Assembly (NCBI GenBank): GCA_963713825.1
Contig: CAVQNG010000025.1
Coordinates: 640,001 to 704,000, forward strand
Length of the DNA stretch: 64,000 nt
DNA from: an uncultured Acidobacteriota bacterium
GTDB taxonomy: Bacteria > Acidobacteriota > Thermoanaerobaculia > Multivoradales > JAHEKO01
Reading direction: 5' to 3'
Below the pieces are notes generated by a model. It did no database searches and was not told the DNA's origin. It saw nothing but the letters and a program-made list of their open reading frames with translations. The translations under genes and the position numbers were made by a program. Positions 21,201 to 29,732 of this stretch are shown here, piece by piece (positions within the stretch are counted from its first letter, which is position 1; each line of letters begins with the position of its first letter).

Positions 21201-22979
21201 ATGAACGACGATTGGACCAACGCAGGCGGGCGCAGGAGCTCGATCATTCTGGTAATCGTGGTCGCTCTTTGGGGCCTCACCGTCGCCGTTCTCGATCGAC
21301 CGGGCTGGCCGCGCTGGATCGGGGAGGAAGCGACCCACGTTCTGCAGGCCGAGAGCCTGGCACACGATCTGGATGCGGTCTTTGATGGCAAGGACCGTCA
21401 GCGGGCAGCGACGACTGGGGTCGAGATTACGGGTTTGCGCCTGCGCGATGGACGTCTCGACGAGGAACCGGTGTTCGCGCGTCCTGTCTTCTACTCCGCT
21501 TATTTGGCGCCTTTCGTTCGTCTTGCTCCATCCAGAGGTCCGACACTAGCGAACCTGTTGTTGCTCTGCATGGCCGTGGGACTGGCCAGTCGCCGCCTCC
21601 ACATGCGCCTCGGTTCCTCGGCGCCCTGGCTTGTCGGCCTGTTCCTGTTCGCATCGCTCACTTTTCGGTTTCTGCAGGTCGGCGAGCCTCCGATCTTCCT
21701 GCTGGCACTGGCTGTGACGGCGTTCTACCTGGTGTATGGCCTGGAGGAGCCGGTCTCGGAAGGACCTGCGGAGATGTACCGGTCGTTGCCGACTCGGGGC
21801 AGGATCGGCGGGCGTTGGGGCGCCGCGGGATTGCTGCTCGGCCTGATGGCCACCTTCAATCCCGTCTACATCCTCTTGGCCGTGCCTGCCGTTGCAGCGG
21901 CGCCACGCGATCGTCGGCGGGCTGCTCTGGGTTTCCTTACAGTCGGGCTCTTGACGGTTATGGTGGTCAACGGTCTGGTGGAGTGGGGTAGGGCCGGCAG
22001 CTGGCAGCTGCCGTTTCCCGAGTCGTCGTCTTCGGTCCTGCTGGCGGCGGAGCCACTAGGCCAGGGGCAGTTGAGCGATCTGTCTGGAGCGTCCCTTTCG
22101 AGCCCATTCGAGGCTGCCCCCGGGAGGCCCTACCCGGCTCGTATCAGCGCTCGGTTGACGGCCTGGAACGCCGCCTATGCGATCGTCGGGCGCCACCTGG
22201 GATTGTTGCCGTTCTTCTTCCCGGTTGTACTTCTCCTGGGCCTGTGGACCATGGGGTCCGGACGCTCTACTCTGGTGACGACCTGTTGGGTCGCGGTCGG
22301 TCTCATTGTGCTGCTGTCACCCTTCGATTTCGTTGGCGGCTCGACACCGATTGGCAACCGCTGGTTCGTGCCCCTGTTCGGGGCCCTGTGGTTCGTTCCG
22401 TCCCGCCCGCCCCGGCTCCGATGGATAGGCATCACGGCGGCTTTGGCTGGCCTCTTTCTCTATCCGGTCTGGCTCGCACCGGCGGGCTCACCTATCGAGG
22501 CCGATGGCAGCTTGCAGCACGCCAACAGCCTGGCTGCGAGTTACCTGCCTCTGGAGACCAGTCAGCGCTCGCTGCCGAGCTTCGGTGAGATCCTCGGGCG
22601 AGGTGCCTGGGTCCGGTCGATGAGGAACACGGTCCGGCTGCGAAGCACAGGTCGGTGGGAGTTGGAGGGTGGGCGACCGGCGGAATTGCTGGTCGCTTCG
22701 CCGGCGGCGCTGGACTCCCTGTACCTCGAATTCGGCGGTGGAGCCCAGCCCGAGCTCGAGGTGAAGGGCGGAGTGTTGGGCAACATGGTGTTGCAGCCCA
22801 ATGGCCGGGTGGCGTTTCACATCGGCGACCTCGATCCGGCGGCGCGCCATCCGACCTGGTGGGAGGAGACCGACCAGGATCTCTATGATCTGAAGCTGAG
22901 AATGCCCGGTGCCGAGGACAGCAAGCAAGTCTTCTCGGTGACCGGTTTGTCACTGCCTGACCGAGGGGCCGACCCATGA
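21201..22979 (+). CDS. Polytopic membrane protein, possibly GT-C glycosyltransferase-like
   Basis: About 9-10 TM segments, acidic GEE after TM1, GNRW motif; directly after the GT4 gene. Confidence 0.55.
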   Translation: MNDDWTNAGGRRSSIILVIVVALWGLTVAVLDRPGWPRWIGEEATHVLQAESLAHDLDAVFDGKDRQRAATTGVEITGLRLRDGRLDEEPVFARPVFYSAYLAPFVRLAPSRGPTLANLLLLCMAVGLASRRLHMRLGSSAPWLVGLFLFASLTFRFLQVGEPPIFLLALAVTAFYLVYGLEEPVSEGPAEMYRSLPTRGRIGGRWGAAGLLLGLMATFNPVYILLAVPAVAAAPRDRRRAALGFLTVGLLTVMVVNGLVEWGRAGSWQLPFPESSSSVLLAAEPLGQGQLSDLSGASLSSPFEAAPGRPYPARISARLTAWNAAYAIVGRHLGLLPFFFPVVLLLGLWTMGSGRSTLVTTCWVAVGLIVLLSPFDFVGGSTPIGNRWFVPLFGALWFVPSRPPRLRWIGITAALAGLFLYPVWLAPAGSPIEADGSLQHANSLAASYLPLETSQRSLPSFGEILGRGAWVRSMRNTVRLRSTGRWELEGGRPAELLVASPAALDSLYLEFGGGAQPELEVKGGVLGNMVLQPNGRVAFHIGDLDPAARHPTWWEETDQDLYDLKLRMPGAEDSKQVFSVTGLSLPDRGADP

Positions 22980-23575
22980 CCGACGAACAGGGACCGAATA
23001 GTTGGATCCTGGAGGTGAGGCGACGCCTGGCTTCGCCATCGCCGCAACGATTGCCGGCCAGTGATGCCCGGGAGGCAGCGGTACTCGTACCGTTGTTCGT
23101 CGACGCGGGCGAGCTCTGGACACTGCTCACCAAGCGGGCTGAGTCGCTACCCCACCACAAGAGTCAGATCGCTTTCCCGGGGGGAGGGCGGGAGATCGGA
23201 GAGGATCCCTGGGCCGCCGCCCTGCGCGAGACCGAGGAGGAGCTTGGCTTCGACAGCAAGCAGGTGGTCCGAATGGGTGAGCTGGACGAGGCCGAGACGC
23301 CGAGCGGTTTCCGGATCATTCCGTGCGTGGGTGCGGTGCCGAGCGGCGTCGAGACGAACATCAACGAAGACGAGATCGCGGAGGTTTTCGCGGTCCCACT
23401 GCTGGCCTTCACGGACTTCAGAGCGATCGAGGATCGAATCGTGAAGATCGACGGCATCGAGCGCATGATCCGTGTCTACCATCTGGGTTCCCGACAGGTC
23501 TGGGGCCTCACCGCTCGAATCATGCAGAACCTGTTGCATCGCCTCGGGCTGGAGATGCCGGAAGAGGAGGGGTGA
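22976..23575 (+). CDS. Nudix hydrolase, CoA pyrophosphatase (NudL) type
   Basis: AAVLVPL, LLTKRA, QIAFPGG..AALRETEEELG Nudix box, VWGLTA. Confidence 0.88.
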   Translation: MTDEQGPNSWILEVRRRLASPSPQRLPASDAREAAVLVPLFVDAGELWTLLTKRAESLPHHKSQIAFPGGGREIGEDPWAAALRETEEELGFDSKQVVRMGELDEAETPSGFRIIPCVGAVPSGVETNINEDEIAEVFAVPLLAFTDFRAIEDRIVKIDGIERMIRVYHLGSRQVWGLTARIMQNLLHRLGLEMPEEEG

Positions 23576-24417
23576 GGATCGAGGCGAAGCTCGGCCGGTT
23601 GTCCATCTTCCTGGGTCCGGCCGCCTGTCTCATCCTCTTGAGCTGTTCCGTGCGCCATATCGTCTATCCGGCTCCGGCAGTCAGCGTCGCAGACCCCCCT
23701 CGGCCCTTGCGCAGTGTGGAGTGGAGCCTCGCGGACGGTAGCCGGATCTCGGCCTGGGTCCATGACGATCCGGGCGCACCGCCAGGGCGACCGGTCGTGC
23801 TGTTCCTGCACGGGAATGGCGAGAATCTGGAAACGATGCGTCGGGCCGGTCTCTTCGAGGAGTTGCTGGCCCTCGACGCTCCGTTCGTAGCCCTCGACTA
23901 CCCTGGCTACGGCAGGAGCTCGGGAGCGCCATCCGAGTCCTCCCTCCTGGAAGCCGGGTCGGTGGCTCTCGAGTGGATGCACCAGCGCTTCGCAGACCGA
24001 CCTCGGGTCGTCGTGGGCTGGTCGCTGGGAGCGGCAGTGGCCGTCGGGCTGGTGGCTGCAAATCCCGATCGGTGCGACGGCTTGGTCGCGATGAGTGCCT
24101 GGACTTCGCTGGCCGACGTCGGGGCCTCTCACTTTCCCAGGTGGCTGGTGGAGATCGCGGTAGCCGATCGGTACGAGTCAACCGTGGCTGCCGAACGGGT
24201 CACCTGTCCTGGGCTGGTCATCCATGGCTCCAGAGATCAGATCATTCCAGTAGACCAGGGGAGGGAAGTGGGGCGGGCGCTGGGCGCAGAGTGGTTGGAG
24301 GTACCTTCGGCGGGCCACAATGATCTGCTGAGCCAAGACATCGTGTGGCGCCGGCTGGCTGATTTTCTGGCTTCGATTCAGGATTCAACGCCGCCCGAAG
24401 GGTCCTCCGGGCTGTGA
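23572..24417 (+). CDS. Alpha/beta hydrolase (ABHD13/BEM46-like)
   Basis: FLHGNGE, DYPGYG, GWSLG, HGSRD, AGHND; GTG start overlapping the Nudix stop. Confidence 0.82.
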   Translation: MRIEAKLGRLSIFLGPAACLILLSCSVRHIVYPAPAVSVADPPRPLRSVEWSLADGSRISAWVHDDPGAPPGRPVVLFLHGNGENLETMRRAGLFEELLALDAPFVALDYPGYGRSSGAPSESSLLEAGSVALEWMHQRFADRPRVVVGWSLGAAVAVGLVAANPDRCDGLVAMSAWTSLADVGASHFPRWLVEIAVADRYESTVAAERVTCPGLVIHGSRDQIIPVDQGREVGRALGAEWLEVPSAGHNDLLSQDIVWRRLADFLASIQDSTPPEGSSGL

Positions 24418-24464
24418 GATAATCGGATCTTGCACAAGACATCGATCCTGGAGGCGAAACGACA

Positions 24465-25547
24465 ATGACGACTGTGACACAAAAGACGACGGGAATTGAT
24501 CGCATCACCGAGCTACTCGGCGACGAAGCCGACAGCCTGCTGAATCACACCTGCAGGGGCATCCCGAAGGAAACCCTGCATTTGCCGGGTTCGGATCACA
24601 TCGACCGGTGCTTCGGGCCCTCGGATCGCAAGCCGATTGTGCTGGTGAACCTGGCCCGCCTCTACAATTCGGGTCGTCTGGCTGGCAGTGGCTACCTGTC
24701 CATTCTGCCGGTGGATCAGGGTATCGAGCACTCCGCAGCCGCCTCGTTCGCGCCGAATCCGGCGTACTTCGATCCAGAGAACATCGTGCGGTTGGCGATC
24801 GAGGGCGGCTGCAACGGCGTCGCCTCGACCCTGGGTGTTCTGGGCTCCATCAGTCGCCAGTACGCTCACAAGATCCCTTTCGTGGTCAAGATCAACCACA
24901 ACGAAATACTGACCTACCCCAACCGATACAAGCAGGTTCTCTTCGCGCAGGTCGAGCAGGCCTGGGAGCTGGGGGCGGCCGCTGTCGGCGCGACGATCTA
25001 CTTCGGCTCGGAGGACTGTGATCGCGAGTTGGTCGAGATTTCCGAGGCGTTCGCTCAAGCCCACGACCTCGGGCTGGCGACGATCCTCTGGTGCTATCTG
25101 CGGAATCCCGCCTTCAAGAAAGAGGGCGTGGACTACCACGACGCGGCCGATCTGACAGGCCAGGCCAACCATCTCGGTGTGACCATCGAGGCGGATATCG
25201 TCAAACAGAAGCAGGCCACGAAGGATGGCGGCTACACGGCCATTAATTTCGGTAAGACCAGTCCGCTGGTCTACAGCGAATTGAGCTCCGATCACCCAGT
25301 CGATCTCGTCCGGTGGCAGGTAGCCAACTGCTACATGGGAAGAGTAGGCATGATCAACTCGGGCGGCGCATCGGGCGGTCAGGGCGATCTGGCCCAGGCC
25401 GTTCGAACCGCCGTGATCAACAAGCGCGGCGGTGGTACCGGACTGATCTCGGGCCGCAAGGCATTCCAGCGACCGATGGCCGAAGGTGTCGAGCTTCTGA
25501 ACGCCATCCAGGATGTTTTCCTGAATCCAGAGATCACTGTCGCCTAG
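24465..25547 (+). CDS. fbaB: Class I fructose-bisphosphate aldolase (DhnA/FbaB)
   Basis: [39 protein letters not shown]. Confidence 0.93.
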   Translation: MTTVTQKTTGIDRITELLGDEADSLLNHTCRGIPKETLHLPGSDHIDRCFGPSDRKPIVLVNLARLYNSGRLAGSGYLSILPVDQGIEHSAAASFAPNPAYFDPENIVRLAIEGGCNGVASTLGVLGSISRQYAHKIPFVVKINHNEILTYPNRYKQVLFAQVEQAWELGAAAVGATIYFGSEDCDRELVEISEAFAQAHDLGLATILWCYLRNPAFKKEGVDYHDAADLTGQANHLGVTIEADIVKQKQATKDGGYTAINFGKTSPLVYSELSSDHPVDLVRWQVANCYMGRVGMINSGGASGGQGDLAQAVRTAVINKRGGGTGLISGRKAFQRPMAEGVELLNAIQDVFLNPEITVA

Positions 25548-25583
25548 CTCTGGTGCGAGCTCACCTCGGGAGTTTCGAAGACC

Positions 25584-26981
25584 ATGGCAGAGCAACGCGA
25601 TCTCGTCATCATCGGCAGTGGTCCTGGCGGCTACGTCGCCGCGATTCGTGCCGCACAGTTGGGCCTCGGTGTCACCGTGGTGGAGAAGGACCCCAAATTC
25701 GGCGGCACCTGCCTGCACCGAGGGTGCATTCCGACCAAGGCGCTTCTCCGCACGGCGGGCATGTTGGACGACATCCGGTCAGCGGAGAAGTTCGGGATCG
25801 AAGTGGCTGCGCCGAGCTTGGATCTGGACCGGGCTCAGGCATTCAAGCAGCAGGTCGTCGACAAGAGCGCCAAGGGAATCGAGTACCTGTTCAAGAAGTA
25901 CGGCGTCGAAGGTGTTCAGGGTAGGGGCCGGCTGGTCGGTAGCCATGAGGTCGAAGTGCGGGGTGAGACCGGCACGATCACATTCGGGGCCCGCAACATT
26001 CTGATCGCCACGGGCTCGATTCCACGCCAGTTGCCGTTTGTCTCTACAGACGGCGAGCGCGTCCTGAGCTCGGACGATGTTCTGGAGTTAACGACGATTC
26101 CTGAGTCGCTGGTGGTCCTGGGCGCGGGTGCCGTGGGCTGTGAGTTCGCCTCGATCTTCAATTCGTTCGGGTCTGAAGTGGTTCTGGTCGAGATGCTGCC
26201 TCGCGTGCTGCCTCTCGAGGACGAGGAGGTCTCGAAGCAGCTGCAGCGTTCGCTGAAGAAGAGGGGAATCAAGGTCCTCACTGGCAGTCGGTTGAAAGAT
26301 GTCGTGCCGACGGGGAGTGGGCTCGAGATTGGCGTCGAGAGGGAAAAGGGAGACGGCAAGCAGTTGTCTGCCGAGGCGCTGTTGGTGGCCGTCGGGCGAG
26401 CGCCAGTGACCTCGGATCTAGGACTGGAAGCGCTAGGAATCAAGCTCGATCGCGGCTACATCGAAGTCAACGATCTGATGCAGACCGACGTGCCCCACAT
26501 TTACGCCATCGGAGATGTCGTCAATACGCCATGGTTGGCCCATGTCGCGTCGGCCGAAGGCATCCTGGCCGTCGAGCATGTGGCGGGCCAGGAGGTGCGG
26601 CCGATCGACTACGATCGAATTCCGGCCGTCACCTACTGCGATCCGGAAGTAGCCAGTGTCGGCCTGACGGAATCGCAAGCCAAAGAGCGAGGCTACGACG
26701 TCGCGACTGGCAAGTTCCCGTTCACAGCGCTGGCCAAGGCAGCGATCGAGGGTCACACCGAAGGCTTCGTCAAGGTGGTTCGAGAGAAGCGCTACGACGA
26801 GCTCCTGGGAGTCCATATCATCGGCCGCCACGCCACCGACCTGATCGCCGAAGCCTGTGTCGCTCTGCAGGTCGAATCGACGACAGAGGAGTTGTTTCGA
26901 ACCATTCATGCTCATCCGACGCTGTCGGAGGCCGTCGCGGAGGCAGCGCATGCGGCCGTCGGGCATGCGATCCATATCTGA
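25584..26981 (+). CDS. lpdA: Dihydrolipoyl dehydrogenase (E3)
   Basis: GSGPGGYVAA, GGTCLHRGCIPTK disulfide, HAHPTLSE. Confidence 0.95.
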   Translation: MAEQRDLVIIGSGPGGYVAAIRAAQLGLGVTVVEKDPKFGGTCLHRGCIPTKALLRTAGMLDDIRSAEKFGIEVAAPSLDLDRAQAFKQQVVDKSAKGIEYLFKKYGVEGVQGRGRLVGSHEVEVRGETGTITFGARNILIATGSIPRQLPFVSTDGERVLSSDDVLELTTIPESLVVLGAGAVGCEFASIFNSFGSEVVLVEMLPRVLPLEDEEVSKQLQRSLKKRGIKVLTGSRLKDVVPTGSGLEIGVEREKGDGKQLSAEALLVAVGRAPVTSDLGLEALGIKLDRGYIEVNDLMQTDVPHIYAIGDVVNTPWLAHVASAEGILAVEHVAGQEVRPIDYDRIPAVTYCDPEVASVGLTESQAKERGYDVATGKFPFTALAKAAIEGHTEGFVKVVREKRYDELLGVHIIGRHATDLIAEACVALQVESTTEELFRTIHAHPTLSEAVAEAAHAAVGHAIHI

Positions 26982-27074
26982 TGGACCTGTGGCGAGCGGA
27001 TCGATTGGCGCTGGAATCGAAGCTGACCAGGAGCCGCGAATCGGGGAATCGAGTCGAGTAAGGGAGAGACCTAC

Positions 27075-28463
27075 ATGGCGACAGAAGTCATCATGCCCGA
27101 GATGGGCGAATCCATCGCCGAGGGCACCATCACGAAATGGCTGGTCCAGGTCGGAGAGCGAGTGGAGAGAGACCAGCCTTTGTTCGAGGTTTCGACCGAC
27201 AAGGTCGATGCCGAGATTCCCAGTCCGGCCTCCGGAACCCTCCTGGTGGTGCACCACGGGGAAGGTGCAACCGTTCAGGTCAATGAGCTGGTCGCCATCG
27301 TCGGGGAGCCTGGTGAGCAACCGGAGGCCCAACCGGTGGCGGCGCCGGCTGGAGTCGAGGCCCCGGTTGTCGAGGCCTCGGAGCCCATTGAGGCCGCGGT
27401 CGAACAACCTGCTCCCGTTGCGGAGCCCGCTCCGACGCAGCAGGTAGTGGTCGGCGAAGATAGTCAGCTTGTCGACAGAATTCGTCGGTTCTCGAGTCCA
27501 CTGGTCCGCAAGATGGCGGCTGCAGAGGGGGTCGATCTCTCGCAGATCCAGGGTACGGGAATCCAGGGACGGGTGACCAAGCAGGACATGCAGGAGTACT
27601 TGGAGCGCCGATCGGCGGCACCGCCTTCGACGGCAGCCCCACCTCCCGCTGCTCCGGCTTCGCCGATGCGCACGGCAGAAGTCGTCACAGCGGCTCGACG
27701 TGCGCCAGTCGGTGACTTTCAGGTCGCTGCCTACCACGAGGGGGACAACGTCGAGATCGAGCCGATGTCCAATATCCGTCGCCTGACGGCGTCTCATATG
27801 GTCTATTCCAAGGCCACTTCGGCGCACGTCAGCACGGTCTTCCACGTCGACCTGTCCAGAGTGGCCAAGGTGAGGGCCCGCGCCAAGCGAGGCTTCGCGC
27901 AGACCCACGGTACGAAGCTCACCTTCATGCCGTTCATCTTCAAGGCGGTGGCCAACGCGCTCACCGCCTTTCCAAATCTGAATTCGTCCATCGACGGCAC
28001 CAACATCGTGCACAAGAAGGACATCAACCTGGGTATGGCTGTCGCTCTCGATTGGGGCCTTCTGGTACCCGTCATCCGACACGCCGATCGGCTCAACCTC
28101 GTTGGCCTCGCGAAGACAGCCAACGATCTGGCCGAGCGCGCCCGAAGCAAGCGTCTGAGTCCGGAGGAAGTTCAGGGCGGCACTTTTACGGTGACAAACC
28201 CAGGAGTCTTCGGCTCGCTGTTCGGTACTCCCATCATCAATCAGCCCCAGGTGGCGATCCTGGGCATCGGGGCCATCGAGAAGCGTCCGGTGGTGGTGAA
28301 CGACGACGATGGTAACGACACCATCGCGATCAAGACCATGTGTTATTTCGCTCTGACCTTCGATCATCGCCTGGTCGACGGCGCCGAGGCCGACAGCTTC
28401 ATGAATCACCTCCGGCGAACCCTGCTGGAGGAGACCTGGTCGGAGCTCGATTCGTTTCAGTAG
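27075..28463 (+). CDS. Dihydrolipoamide acyltransferase E2 (SucB/DlaT-like, one lipoyl domain)
   Basis: EVSTDKVDAE lipoyl site, SPLVRK E3-binding domain, TFDHRLVDG catalytic motif. Confidence 0.92.
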   Translation: MATEVIMPEMGESIAEGTITKWLVQVGERVERDQPLFEVSTDKVDAEIPSPASGTLLVVHHGEGATVQVNELVAIVGEPGEQPEAQPVAAPAGVEAPVVEASEPIEAAVEQPAPVAEPAPTQQVVVGEDSQLVDRIRRFSSPLVRKMAAAEGVDLSQIQGTGIQGRVTKQDMQEYLERRSAAPPSTAAPPPAAPASPMRTAEVVTAARRAPVGDFQVAAYHEGDNVEIEPMSNIRRLTASHMVYSKATSAHVSTVFHVDLSRVAKVRARAKRGFAQTHGTKLTFMPFIFKAVANALTAFPNLNSSIDGTNIVHKKDINLGMAVALDWGLLVPVIRHADRLNLVGLAKTANDLAERARSKRLSPEEVQGGTFTVTNPGVFGSLFGTPIINQPQVAILGIGAIEKRPVVVNDDDGNDTIAIKTMCYFALTFDHRLVDGAEADSFMNHLRRTLLEETWSELDSFQ

Positions 28464-28525
28464 CCGCGCCCTGGTCGAGCCCGTCGCGAGAGCACTCACG
28501 GAGCGCTCGAGACAACGGTCCACAG

Positions 28526-29218
28526 GTGAGAGGAATTACCCTGCGAGCTTTGGATTGGAGCTACCTCGGCACGCTGGACTACCGGCGATCGCTGGCGCTA
28601 CAGGAGTTACGCCGAGAGAAGCTTCGTGCCGGTCAGGCGAATGAAGCGTTGCTCCTACTCGAGCACCCTCACACCTACACGCTGGGCCGCAACGCCGATC
28701 GCGCCGACATCCTGGCCGGTTCGGATTGGTTGCAGTCCAGGGGAGTGAAAGTCGAGGAGTGTGACCGCGGCGGTCAGGTCACCTACCATGGTCCCGGCCA
28801 GCTCGTCGGCTATCCGATCCTCGACCTGAATCCAGATCGACGCGACCTGAGACGCTACGTGCGTGACTTGCAGGAAGTCCTGGTCCGTGTGTTGGCCGAG
28901 GTCGGCCTGGCCGCCGAGCCTCGTTCGAAGAGTCCTGAGATCGGCGTCTGGGTGGAGGGGAAGAAGATCGCCTCTCTCGGTGTTCATGTCAGTCGGTGGA
29001 TCACGACCCACGGATTCGCTCTCAACGTGAACACCGATCTGAGCTACTTTGCCGCCATTGTGCCGTGCGGCATCCAGGGAGTGGAGATGACGTCGGTCGC
29101 TGAGCTCACAGGAAGGAATCTGCCGCTGAAAGACCTGGCGGCCTTGTGTGTCCACCACACGGCCGAGGTCTTTCAACGTCGCCCGCTCGCCATGACTTCC
29201 GAAGAGTTGATGGGCTGA
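28526..29218 (+). CDS. lipB: Lipoyl(octanoyl) transferase
   Basis: LLEHPHTYTLGR, DRGGQVTYHGPGQLVGYP, KIASLG, IVPCG; start approximate. Confidence 0.92.
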   Translation: MRGITLRALDWSYLGTLDYRRSLALQELRREKLRAGQANEALLLLEHPHTYTLGRNADRADILAGSDWLQSRGVKVEECDRGGQVTYHGPGQLVGYPILDLNPDRRDLRRYVRDLQEVLVRVLAEVGLAAEPRSKSPEIGVWVEGKKIASLGVHVSRWITTHGFALNVNTDLSYFAAIVPCGIQGVEMTSVAELTGRNLPLKDLAALCVHHTAEVFQRRPLAMTSEELMG

Positions 29219-29640
29219 TGACCTACCGGTTCGTCGAACATACGGCCGACGTCGGTGTCGAGCTCGAGGCGAGCAGCTACGAGGGATTGCTGTCCGAGGG
29301 TCTTTTGGCGCTCACTGACACTCTGACCGAGGTCGAGCGGGTGAGCCTGGAGATCGAGCTGTCCGTCGATCTCCGTGCGCCGAGTCGTGAGGATCTTTTG
29401 GTCGGTTGGCTCAACGAGCTGGTCTACCTCTTTGATTCGAAATCGGTGCTGCTGCGCCAATCGGACATCGGAGTCGGGAAAGAAGGCGGCGAGTGGCGTC
29501 TACGGGCAACGGTAGGCGGTGAGCGCTACGATCCTGAACGGCACCGTATCAAAACGCTGATCAAGGCGGTCACCTACCACCAACTGGCGGTGAGATCATC
29601 GACGTCTGGATGGCAGGCCCGAGTCGTCTTTGACATCTGA
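29218..29640 (+). CDS. Archease (RtcB activator)
   Basis: YRFVEHTADVG N-terminal motif, WLNELVY, IKAVTYH, terminal VFDI; TGATG overlap with lipB. Confidence 0.93.
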   Translation: MTYRFVEHTADVGVELEASSYEGLLSEGLLALTDTLTEVERVSLEIELSVDLRAPSREDLLVGWLNELVYLFDSKSVLLRQSDIGVGKEGGEWRLRATVGGERYDPERHRIKTLIKAVTYHQLAVRSSTSGWQARVVFDI

Positions 29641-29732
29641 TCCGGCGATACTTGCGGTAGTAGACCGACAGGACTAGCCTCTAGAGGACAGGCACGGCAA
29701 GACCAATCGTGTTCGGGTGGAGGATCGGATCG

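Noticed and set aside
26433-28523. Long antisense ORFs (also 18451-19647, 24513-25718, 54748-56226, 32953-34341)
   Set aside because: Shadow ORFs of conserved genes in GC-rich DNA, with no recognisable motifs.
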